Assembly (NCBI GenBank): GCA_001643675.2
Contig: LSRY02000029.1
Coordinates: 434,001-498,000, forward strand
Reading direction: 5' to 3'
DNA: 64,000 bases
Source: Monocercomonoides exilis PA203
Lineage: Eukaryota > Protista > Preaxostyla
Positions within the stretch are counted from its first letter, which is position 1; the number at the start of each line of letters is the position of its first letter. Below the pieces are notes generated by a model. That model did no database searches. It saw only the letters and a list, made by a program, of their open reading frames with translations, and was not told the DNA's origin. The translations under genes and the position numbers were made by a program. Shown here one piece after another: positions 25,629 to 40,340 of this stretch.

Positions 25629-28528
25629 TTAAATGTCCATCATCACAGACAGATTGTGAGCTACGTTGGAGACAACAGGATCAGAAGCAGAAGATTCGAT
25701 GTTTGAAAGCACAGAAATCAATGAGATTTCATCCGGCAGTGTCATCGCAACAGCCAGCGCAGTGTCATTCCCTTTGAGCAGCGAGTGCACCGCGCAGACA
25801 GAAGTCCTGAGGGCTCTTTCATTCGCCTCTTCATCAGCGCCTGCTCCTTCCCCTTTCGCCGCCATCCGATGCAGTTCCCATGCTTTGCTCAGAGAAGTGC
25901 AGAGCATGTTGAGTGCCTCTGAATTCAGCTCGTCAAAGCTCTGCTTCTCATCTGCACTGAGCCGCAGGCAGATGTTGTGGATGAGCGATGCACCAACACT
26001 GACTGGTATTGCAAATGAAGAAGGAACAGATAAGACGGACTCATCAGAATTCACAGCTATTCTAAGCATTTCTGTGGCAAGTCCAAACACTTCAGCCACT
26101 TTGCCAATGCGTTTTAAATACTCCACACCTGATGAGGTAGCAGTGGCATTCGCCAAGTTTTGTCCACTAAATCAGAATGGACATTTAAATAATAATAACA
26201 ATAATAATAATAATAATTTTCATTTCATTGAAGATTCAACAATCAAACCATGGAAGAAGCAGTTTGTTAAATACAGATGTTTGTTTTTCTTTAGCAGACA
26301 ATAACATGTCAATCAAATAGCTCAAATTCAAAGACTTGTGCAAAGATGATGCATTTGTCATGTGCTCCTTTGAATCGCCTGTCAATCCACTTTCAGACAT
26401 CATTTTCCCTTCGCTTTCTTCTTCTCCTTTTGCAGCTGTTTTCGATGACTCCACACACAGCATTGCAACTTCAGCTGGATGCAGCGCCAACGCAGCAGCC
26501 AGCTCCAAAATCGGCTTTGTCAAATTCAACGGCCATGCAATGAAAAGACTGTTCAGAATCTGATGCACTCTCTCTGGGAAGTGTGGATATGAGCTTTCTG
26601 ATGCTTCCTTCTGAACTCTGTTCTGAGCGCAATGCGAAAGAAGACTTGTAAATACGCTTTTGATTTCGGCAGATGAGAGGAACTGTCTGTCTGACAGAGA
26701 CAAAACACCATTCTGTGAAGAGTCAGATGGAATGGACGATGATGATGATGATGATGATGATGAACTGGGAGAAGCTGAGGACTCAGCTGCAGATGAAGCA
26801 TCTTTGCCACTTCCAGCTTCACTTCCGAATACATCTGCGTTGTCAAAAAGAGTCGAAAGAATGCGGTTGATGTCTGCTGAAGTCCAGAAGAGTGGATGTG
26901 ATGACAGATCCTCTTCATCAGCAGTGTGGGAATTGTCTGTCTGTTGTTTTGCGCTTTCTGGCTGGGCGGTTGAGGAAAGAAGTCCGCCAAGCACAGACTG
27001 CACTGCATTCGATGGCTGAACAGCGACAATGAAATTATAAGTGATAGAATTTGTAAGAATCAGTTACAGATGAAGTGAAAATGAAAGGAAATTAAATGAT
27101 TTGCGAGTTTTTGGTTTCAAAGATAAATAAAAATCATTCAACATAATATTAATATTTATTAAAATTCATATAAACATCAAAAGACATACGAAATACTGAC
27201 CCAATATCTTATCTGCTCCAGCTGCCTTCAATTGTCCTAGCATATTCAAAAGATTCGGCATAGCATCAGTTTTCGCTTCTTCTTTTCGTTCACTTTGAGA
27301 TGCTGTTGCAGAAGAAGACGGTTTTTCAGAGGATTCATGAGTACCATTTTCTGTCTGATTTTGATGTTGATGTTGTGCTGTTGAAGGTGCGGAGGAAGGA
27401 GAAGATGATGAAGAGCCTTGCTGAGGTCTGTTCTGTTGTGCCATGAATCCTTGGAGCAATTGGAAGGCAAATGGCGGAATGTTGAATCCGCCTGCCTGTG
27501 TGTTCTGAGGCTGGCCTTGTTCGGAAGACTGACAACTTTTTGTGTCAGATTCTTTGCTAACATTTTCGGCTGTTTTGTGGCTTTCTTTTTCGTTTAGTTC
27601 GTCTTCTGCTTCTTCTTTCTCAAATAAGAATACAACTCCTTTTTCCTTACGATTTTCTCTTTCTTTCTCCACATCTCCAGAAACAAGCCTCAACGGATCT
27701 CCTCCTCCATAAAACTTATTTATCATTGGCTCTAATTGTTTTCCCATTGGAGTTGCTAAGAACAAAGCAGGCAAACTAATTATCTCTGTTCAACAAAATT
27801 ATAGTATGAAATGATAACAGTCGAAAAATAAAGCATATAAACCTTCTGGAATTCCGATATTACATAAAAATTTGCAGCATTCATTAGAAAAGTGATTGCA
27901 GTTATTTTCAAGAAGCTTATATGTTCGAGCAGTAAATTGTTTCCTTATTGATCTTAAAAATGACTCAAAATCATGTTGTGTTTTGTCCGTCATTCCAATT
28001 CTATTTTAAAAGATAATAACATAAGGTTGATTGAAAAAACAATAAAAAGCTTACGGTATTGATTTTGTCGGAGAACCGCTTGTTGTATGAGCCTGAAAGC
28101 AAATTATCAAAATTGTTTTTTGGATTAGCACGTCAACGATTGTTATATAAATAATATTGATTGCATACAGGAATTCCTCTACAGTTTTACAATTCCGGAA
28201 ATGATTTAATTTGAAAAAAGTTAAAAGAAACATGTTTTCTTCAAAATGCCTCAAAACCTCATAATTCCTCCACTAAAATAATATTCGCAACCACTGTAAA
28301 ATGACATAAATTTATTTTTTTCAAAATGATATTATTTCACAAATTGTAAGTTTTTCAGTAATATTACAACAACAACAAATAATATTCAAACAATACAACG
28401 ACTCCAGAGTGCCAAATTCCTTCTATTTCCTTTCCAAGCAACATCGGAGAAAACTGCTTTGCAAGTCCTTGACTTAGGTCATATAAATTCAAAGAAACCA
28501 TTAATAAATTGGGTTTTGTATTTTCCAT
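25629..28528 (-). CDS. DESI1: PPPDE/DeSI-family deSUMOylating/deubiquitinating isopeptidase with long C-terminal helical extension, 8 exons
   Basis: [34 protein letters not shown] (catalytic His) and [14 protein letters not shown] (catalytic Cys), then IPEEIISLP..LATPMG, colinear with DESI1. Confidence 0.9.
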
Positions 28529-29307
28529 TATTCAATTTTTTATTATGGTTGATTCTTATTGGACTTTCATAATAGAAATATTTGTTTTATTTTTCATTTT
28601 GCTTATAAAGAGCTGTATACTTCTGACCTTTCAAGAGTTGCTGAAAATAGTTTATTAGCACGAATTCATAAATCTCTTATAAACTATATGTGAATAATTT
28701 TTAAGAAATTCTGAAAAAATGAAATGTTCATAATTGTTCATTGTTCCATTTTTATTATTATAAATTATCACTCAATTTTTTTGAAAATGGTTTTCACAAA
28801 TGAATAATGTTTAATCCACAGTTTTGTTAACAAGAATTATCAATCATTATTATTTCTTGAATTGCGAAACACTTTTAAGGTTTCAATTTTTGTAGTTGTT
28901 CAACAAAAAATTTTCAATCGATTTATCGATCAAAAGGAGTCATTATGCCTATTTTTCATGTAATGTGAACAATTATTTGGTTGACTATTAAAATCAAATT
29001 AAAATCAAAACAGAGAAACATGTGATTTCCTGCACAATTCATCATTGGTGTTATCCTTTTAGAAAACTCGCATAAGTTCATGTTTAAAGGAAGCAATGAT
29101 ATTAAATATTTTGTTGAAAATTTTCTGTGAACAAGTTGAATATCTCCATTAAGAAAACGATTTCATTTTGATAGTTATGAATGTTATGATTTGTTTGATG
29201 TTGAATGAAACAAAGTTTGAGTTTAACAGAACAAAGCTTAAAAATTTTTTCAAAGATTATTTCATTTATGCCACGATCATTTTAACTTTCAAATTGATAA
29301 TATTATT

Positions 29308-29435
29308 TGGGGTAAAATATGGACTTTCAAGCTTTTTTTGCACAAAGCATGAAAAAATTGTTTCACTTATAACATTTTTTAACATTATCATATTTCAAAA
29401 TAAATTAAATTTTCATAACTGCAAACAAACATCAT
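29308..29435 (+). repeat. Dispersed repeat module A (GGG.AAAATATGGACTTTCAAGCTTTTTTTGCACAAAGCATGAAAAAATTG...)
   Basis: Recognisably similar copies at ~61918-62040 (+), ~62190-62316 (-) and ~62381-62500 (+). Confidence 0.75.
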
Positions 29436-30446
29436 TAGAACTGAAACGAAATGACTCAGTGATGCGGTATTCGATTTGACTAATACCAAAAAGTGAAATA
29501 TAAAACCAAAAAGTGAGACTCAAAACCGTTTTGATTGAGTCAAGACCAATTGATTCAATTCTGGGTGCATGATCAATAGAAAGTTTCAAAAATTAAGTTG
29601 TTTATATCTTTCAATATTTAAAGAATAAATGAATTATATTTCATACAAATTATAATGCAAATGTTTTTTATTAAAAAAACGAAAGATTCTATGTTTTGAT
29701 TTTTTCAAAATTCTTTATTCAATATTAATTTTTTATTTTAACAAATTTTTCATTAAAAACATTTTGTTGTTTATATTTTGTAAATTTTGATTGATTTGAA
29801 GAAAAAAATTCAATGATCAAAAAAGAATTGGAAACATATAACGAAATTTAAAAAAACAGAAAAAACAATGATAGAAATTCGAATTGAAAAAATTTTCAAC
29901 CACTTATCATTTAACCAATTCTTTTCTTTATAAAAAATAAAAAAGATAGAATATAAAGTTCATAATTCAGACAAAGTTTTATGAAAAAACAATAGTTCAA
30001 TAAAAAACATCTTTTCATATAAAACTGAAACAAAACCAACGAAATAATGAATACTAACTTCATAATCAAAACAATTAATAACAGTTTGAACATTAAAAAC
30101 TTATTGTTAAATCAAAAATAACTTTAAAAACTTGTGTCAAAAATTTCGATGAATTTTTCATGATCATAAAAATACTTAACGCAAATATATTAATAACATA
30201 CTAAAGATACACATATAAAAAAATTAATAAAAGCAAACTGCTCTGTAACAGAAAACACAAAAAACTTCAAAGAATAATGATCAAAATTGATATATAATTT
30301 TTGTATTTTTGATCACAAATAAGATTGAGGGAAAACCGAATTGATTGAGTCAAAACCAATAAAACAAACAAAAAACGTTTTGACTTAATCAATTCGAATT
30401 GACCCGCTCAATTCGTTTAAGGTCTATTGAAATCAATACCCAAAGT

Positions 30447-30570
30447 TTTCCAACATTTCACAAATGTCAAAAAATGAACTCATTTTTATTGCGTTTTTTG
30501 ATATAAAAAAGTTAATCGAAAATGCATAATTTTTCAATGAAAATGCCTGAAGTGAAATATTTCGCCCCAT
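30447..30570 (+). repeat. Dispersed repeat module B (...TTTTTCAATGAAAATGCCTGAAGTGAAATATTT..CCCAT)
   Basis: Similar copies at ~61775-61897 (-), ~62100-62185 (+) and ~62527-62650 (+). Confidence 0.7.
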
Positions 30571-31654
30571 TTAATGAATATCAATATTTGCAATCGATAA
30601 TTTTTGAAATGAAGCAAATGACAAATATCTGTTTTTTATAAACTTGAATCTTTTTGGATCATTTTTAACAATAAATTCATCAAACATTGTCATTTTGCAA
30701 ATCAAAAGATTTTTGCCTGTTTGATGTGAAAGAGTGAACATTGCTGAAAAGTTTGATGGTTTTAATGCAAAAAGTGATCAAATAAGGATTTCAATTATTA
30801 AACACAGATATTAAACATTTGCATCTTTTTCAAAAGAATAACAATTTAAGACACTCAATTGTTTCGAGCACTTGCGTGATTATTTTTAATAAATGTGATT
30901 ATCAAAGACTTCAATATTTTTCTGTCTTCATTCATGAATAAAGTGTTTTTTTGAAATAGATGAATTTCCATCAAAAAAAATTTTGAAAACGATGAAAAAA
31001 CATTAAGTTGTGATGATTTATTTTTTTTTTGATGATTTTGGGGGAAACAGTCTAAAAGCTGTGACTGAATGGGATATTATTTTTGAAATTGTTTCGTTTT
31101 TCGTGGTGTATACTATTCACAAGTTTTTTTTTTTTTTTCGTTGACAAGAGATTTTGTATTCGACTGTTAAATTCATCACGACAGTTTCAAAAACAAATAT
31201 CTTGTTTAACATGGATGTGGAAGTCTTTGAGAAGCCTTTTCATTTTTTTAGCGTTCATTTGTTAACATTCAAGTGAAATTTTCAAACGAAAATATTGAAT
31301 GAAATAAAATGATATTAAAAATTATTGTCCAAATGAACTTAAAAAAGAAAGAAAGAAAAAAAGAAAAAAAAATTTTTTTTTTCAATTTGGAAATATTTCA
31401 AATGTTTATATTCAATTTTTTTTATTTAGCAAAAACATTTTTCTTAACCAATAAACCAACTTGTAAATATTGTAACATCAATATTCAAATTTATATATTC
31501 TTGTTACACAAATTGAAGATTGAAAATTATTAAAAATATGTTTTTAAGAATTTCTGCTAGTTAAAACTCATTAAAAAAATGTTTGAAAAATTTAGATAAT
31601 GGGCATTTTGGTTTTTTTGTCAGTTCATTTTTCTTTAATTAAAACAAACAAATC

Positions 31655-34600
31655 ATGAATATTTTTATATTGACGTTTACGTTTTTTGTCATTCTTCAGA
31701 ATGTTCGAAGCTCGGTTATTCCAGCGACATTATGCTCTTCCTTTGAAAAATATCCAAGTTGTGGCATTGGACCTTCTCCAAGGGAACATCTAGCCGTTGT
31801 ATCTGTAACATTACCAGGCTATGGAGATGACATAATATATTTCTTTGGAGGAACGGATGAATCTGGTGGTTACTTGACGAATATTTTTTCTTACGATGCA
31901 AATTCAAAAACATTTGCATCAGTTGAAACTAATGGCGACTTGACTACACCACAAAGAAAAAATTTTGCATATTTTGTGCATGGTACAAAATTTTATCTTT
32001 GGGGAGGACAAGGTCCTTTGGGCTTATCAAATGATATGTTTGTTTTTGATTGCCAGGAAAATACCTGGACGGAATTGACCCAAGCAACAAGACCATCTCC
32101 AAGACAAGGTTCACATTTTGCTTACAACTCTGGAAAGTTCTATATTTTTGGAGGTAGAGATTTTAATGGAAACCAGAACGATGTGTGGGAGTGGGATGTG
32201 ACAAATGGAGAATGGACACAAGTTGAATGCGATTCTTCTTCATCATCTCCTGAAGGAAGAACTGGAGGAGGAGCCTACTTATCAACCGATTTTTTATATA
32301 TTTTTGGAGGAATGACAATTTCAGGAAAGTATGAACAAGACATGTATCGACTTAATCTATCAGTAACACCGAAAACATGGCAAAAATGCAAAATAGTGGA
32401 CGAACTAGGAACAGAAATGACAGTAAAAGCAAGAATAGAAGCAACAGTTGCAACCTTTGAAACAAAAGCTTATGTTTACAGCGGATTTGATTTCTCAACT
32501 CAAACATGTTCACTGAATGATATCGTTGTTTATGATTTTTCGTCCAGCGATTCCAGCTCAGATGGCAATGTTGTTGCAACAGTCTATCCCATCACCCAAT
32601 CTGGATACTGGAGACGTCTTTGTGGACTTTTAGTCATGAAAGATCCAGCAGCTCCGACAGAGGTGGTGATGTTTATGTTTGGAGGAGATCGAAATGGAGC
32701 TGTATTGGGAGACATGGCCAGAGTGAAGTTCCTCACCACAGCCACTTCACAAGGAACTTCTAATAATCAGCAGAACACAATCGAAACTGAATTAACAAAT
32801 AAAATTTCTGATCCATTGCTTCAGATGCCAAAGAGAAAGTCAACACCGATTTTGTATTCACCCGTCATGGCAAATTCGCACGGCTCAAACGGAGCATCAC
32901 TCGCATTCACCCAAATGGCAGACAGCCTTCCAGAGTTTCCACTTCCACGTTCGCACCACAGGGCACTGCTGTACAAGAACAGGATGTGGATCTACGGAGG
33001 AATAGGGGAAGGTGGAGTACTGATGAACGACATGCACAGCTTCGACTTCAACACGAAGCGATGGTCAGCTGCTGGTATTGCAGCTGAGTCGTTGGAAGGC
33101 CCTGCTGTGTCTGATTTTGCATTCTGCGAGCATGCTGGGCGACTGTTTGTGTACGGAGGGTACGGCAAGAATGAAGAGACAGGGATAACTGAAGTGAAGG
33201 ACGAACTGTGGTCGTATTCAACACTTACAAAAAATTGGATGCGCATCGATCCGCTCGACGACTTCCGCTGCCCGGGGTTGGTGAATGCTGCGGCTGTTGT
33301 GCTGCACAAGTGCATATACGTAGTCGGGGGTTATACAGGCGCTGCATCGTCAAACGAGATCTGGCGTTTCTCATTGGTAACGCTGAAGTGGATGAAGATT
33401 GGTGCTGCATATCTTCCTTCTACTCAGTTCAACATGGCAAATAACCCTCCGCTGTTTGTGAAGCCAACGACGTCAAACGCAAAGAAAGAAAACGAAATAA
33501 AGTCGAATCAGCTTCTGTACAAATTAATTGCACGAAATGGACCTGCAATACACAAAGAAACTAGGATGATTGACGGCAACGAGTGGGATGTGCTTGTAAT
33601 AGGAGGTGGAATGAGCGAATTCACTCTGCCACTCAACGTGATTGATGTTGTGCTGCTGGATAGAACATTGGAAGAACCCTCATTCCATGCTGACACAGAG
33701 AATATGACTGTTACATATGCTTTTTATTCTGACCCCGTTTCACTCGGAATTACAGACACAGAACCTTCTCCGCTTCTTCTGAACAGCCTGACACTGGAGA
33801 CAGAACACGGATTTATCGCCATCGGAGGAGTGGAAGAGGAAGACACACAGAACTTCATCTCATTTGTTGATCTTCAAAACTTGAATGCGCCTGTTGTGTA
33901 CAACCAGCACGAGGTGAATGCTGTTGAGATGCCAAAAGTGACTGGAGCAGCTGGCGTTTACTACGGAAGAACAATCTTCACATTCGGAGGGATGATCATT
34001 GGGAGAAACGTGCCCACGTCGCAGCAGCCGCACAACCAGATGATGATTTATGTGCTGGACTCCTCCTTTGCGTGCTCACTGGGCACATACCGCACGCGAC
34101 AAGGAGGCCTCAGCGAGGTCTGTGGGCTGTGTCCCATCGGCTCGTTCAACAAGTTCTGGAATGCTGACTCCTGCACCGTCTGCCGTCCGGGTTCGTTTGC
34201 CGGCACATTCGGATCCACTTCGCCATACCACTGCTTGGCATGTCCAACAGGCACATACAACGACGAGGCTGGTGCAGGAACATGCAAACAGTGTAGAACA
34301 AGTGCAACATCAAACAGATTGGTCTCACTACGAAGCAACGCAGGCTATGTCAACTCATCAGACGCAGCATTTACTTCTTCATATTCGTACACTTCATCAA
34401 ACGATGTTTTCAGCAAAGATGCATCTGCGCAATACTGCCCTGTTGGTTCAACCACAAATACAGACGACTTCCCACCAGAGCCACAAGACGATGTCCAGCC
34501 ACCGTTTTACGAGACACTCGATTCCTGGTCATTCTACATTATGGTCATCTGCTATGCGTCTGGCATCTGCATCGGTCTTGCGATGGGTGTTGTTGTGTGC

Positions 34601-36086
34601 TGCTGCCCGTGCAGAAAGAAGATGTATGTGATTGATGCATTCACTGATGCTAACCCAGAGCATTACGACAAGCTCCTCCACAAATCGCCAAAGATCCTGC
34701 GGAAGTCGAAAGTTGGATCGTATGTGACAGTCACCTTCATCTGCTTCCTGTTCTGTGCAGCAGCTGTGATTGTCGTCGAGTTCGTGGCAAACAACATCAC
34801 CGAAAACAAGTCACTGATCTCATCTGCAATGTATTCAAAGGCCAAACTGAAGGAGTCATCAATCGATTACATTGAATTCCTGTTTAAGATGTATGACATG
34901 CATGCAACATGTGTTCAAGGCGTACAAAACGTCTCAGAAAGTACTGGATGGGGGAAATGTGCAGATACACTGTTGATAAACTCTCGTGGATTCTTCGATC
35001 TAAGTTTGTATCCCTTATATTAAACAATCATTTATTAACTTTTTTATTTTTTTATTTCATATTAAACATATGTTTCTTTTCATTTCCCCACCTCTCAAAC
35101 AAAATGAACCAAACTTCAAAGATGGAAACAATCCGTTCACAACCGAATGCAGACAGACACCCTCCTCCCACATCTACCACAACACAGTCGCGCACTGCGA
35201 GATCCGAATGAAGGCTGGGCTGTCCAGAATGAACTTCCCAGACGTCGGATTTGATCCGCAAATCACAATTTCATCCACCGAAAACGAGGCACATGCATTT
35301 GCGATCTATGCGTCGATGACGGTCGACACAGGAATCCAGTTCAAAAAGGAGTCAGACCGTCTTTCATTCCACTCGCTCTATGGAAAGACGTCCAACGGCG
35401 ATGTGATCAAAGGTAAAGACCCAGCGAGGATCAAATTTTCGATCATTCCATCGCGTTTTGTGGATCAGGAAGACAACACACACCAAGGTGCACAGATTCT
35501 GAAGACTGAATTCGACTTGGGGACAACATCATCGAACGAAAACATGTTTGAGGAGTACGGCCTCAACTTGGAAGTGAACTTTGAGAAGGACATCAACATC
35601 CTGCAGACAACGTGGGTGCAGCGCGAGAAGCCGTTCTCATTCTACGCGAACCTGCTGTCCAACCTGATGGGATTCATGGGCATCTTCTCGGTTGTCGTGT
35701 GGGGGCTGCAGGAGTTCATGGACTTCGACTTGGGCATCTCGAAGTGGATGCGCATTCACTTCTGGGGAGAGAGCGGGGTGGACGACGAGGAGCACAACAG
35801 AACTGTTGAGCCAATCATTTCGAAGAAACAGTCAGCCAGTGAGATGTCTGCATCCTCCCCGTCTTCGCCTCTTGTACTACCTGGCCAGTCGCCTGCCCCC
35901 CTCTCCCGCAGTCAGGAGGCAAACTCAACCACTGCCCTGCTTGCTGCCTCTGAGTCGCTTGTCTCTTTTGGCCACTCTCAGCCAAATTCCCTTGCTAGTT
36001 CTGCTTCGCCTTCTCCGCGCCATCACTCAAGGCTGCACTCATCATCTGAGATGGATCCACTTGGATCGTCTCAAACATTATATTAG
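31655..36086 (+). CDS. Secretory receptor-like protein: signal peptide, ~2 Kelch propellers, Cys-rich GCC2/GCC3-type repeats, 3 TM segments, Ser/Pro-rich tail; intron 35004-35121
   Basis: N-terminal signal peptide MNIFILTFTFFVILQNVRS. Many Kelch repeats (PSPR..H..IYFFGG..W) and CGLCPIGSF/CTVCRPGSF/CLACPTGTY repeats. A phase-1 intron GTTTGT...AAAG lies at the same position as in the paralog at 1-2179. Confidence 0.88.
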
Positions 36087-36994
36087 TCTTATTAATGGTG
36101 ATGTTGACATTGAAACTAGTTCTTTGTTCAGATTGTGAGGTCATATCAAAAAGGAACCCAGAAATTTAAAGGCTTTTTAATTGTATTATTGATTACATTC
36201 TTCATAATAAGTGCTCTTATCTGACGATATTATGAATTGTTGCTTAATCAATAAAACAATCCATCTTATTCTTTTCGTTACTTCCCTCCTGTATGTTTGA
36301 ATTTACCTGCCCAATTGTTGCATCCAGTGCTCTGCTTGTGCTTCGTTCAAGCAGTTGTCTTATATTGGGTTTATGTTGTCTGCACACATTATTGTTGATG
36401 GCTGATAGAAAACTTATATCAGTGGTGTATATGTTTGTCTTTTTTATCCGTACAATTCTCTGTTTTATTTGATTCTCTTATCATATTTTGTTATGTTTTT
36501 ACGAGCTTTTACCATTTTTTACAATCAACTCATTCTCTTTTCATACATTTTCATTCGTTCATATTCGTGTTCCAGCAAAGTTAGCATTTAAATATTTGCT
36601 TTTGTGACTTTGTTTGTTTCATTTGACTTTTCTATGGTTATGAAGCTCTTTTTACGTTAATGTGTTTTATGTTTTTATCTTTTCTTTCCAAGTTCAACAT
36701 TCATTTCATTCAATTTTCGTTGTTTCTGATTTTTATAAAGTCTTTTCTTGACATATTTACACTCATATTTTTACACATTATCCTTTCCATTTCCTCAAAG
36801 AACAACCACTTTTTGTTGCTTACTCAAGAAAGACGTTTTCATCACTAACTTCTTCTTTTTTCCCTTTCCATTTTCTAAAAAATGAGGTGACTTTATCAGA
36901 ATTTATCTGAATAATCATGAAGTGAATGCTTTCTTGGAGCAATCAATCAAATTGCAGTGATTCTCCAAGAAAACGTGAGTGTTGCTTCCCGCTT

Positions 36995-40142
<3,148 letters not shown>

Positions 40143-40340
40143 TTTGGAAGAAGATCAATCTAAATTTTGGTTAAATGAAAATTCCCTTAATTTTTTATTA
40201 TAAACAGAACATCATCACAACAAAAAGGTGAAGTGAATTATTTAAAAGATTTACAAATAAATAAAAAGAATGTGGTTGGGAGAGAAAAAAAATGTGAAAA
40301 TGATTTTAAGAAATGCTTTTTTCGATATTCACAGAAATGA

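Noticed and set aside
28600-31600. Short F/I/L/K-rich ORFs in the 3-kb intergenic region
   Set aside because: Composition matches random AT-rich DNA, several overlap repeat modules, and there is no splice-consistent model.
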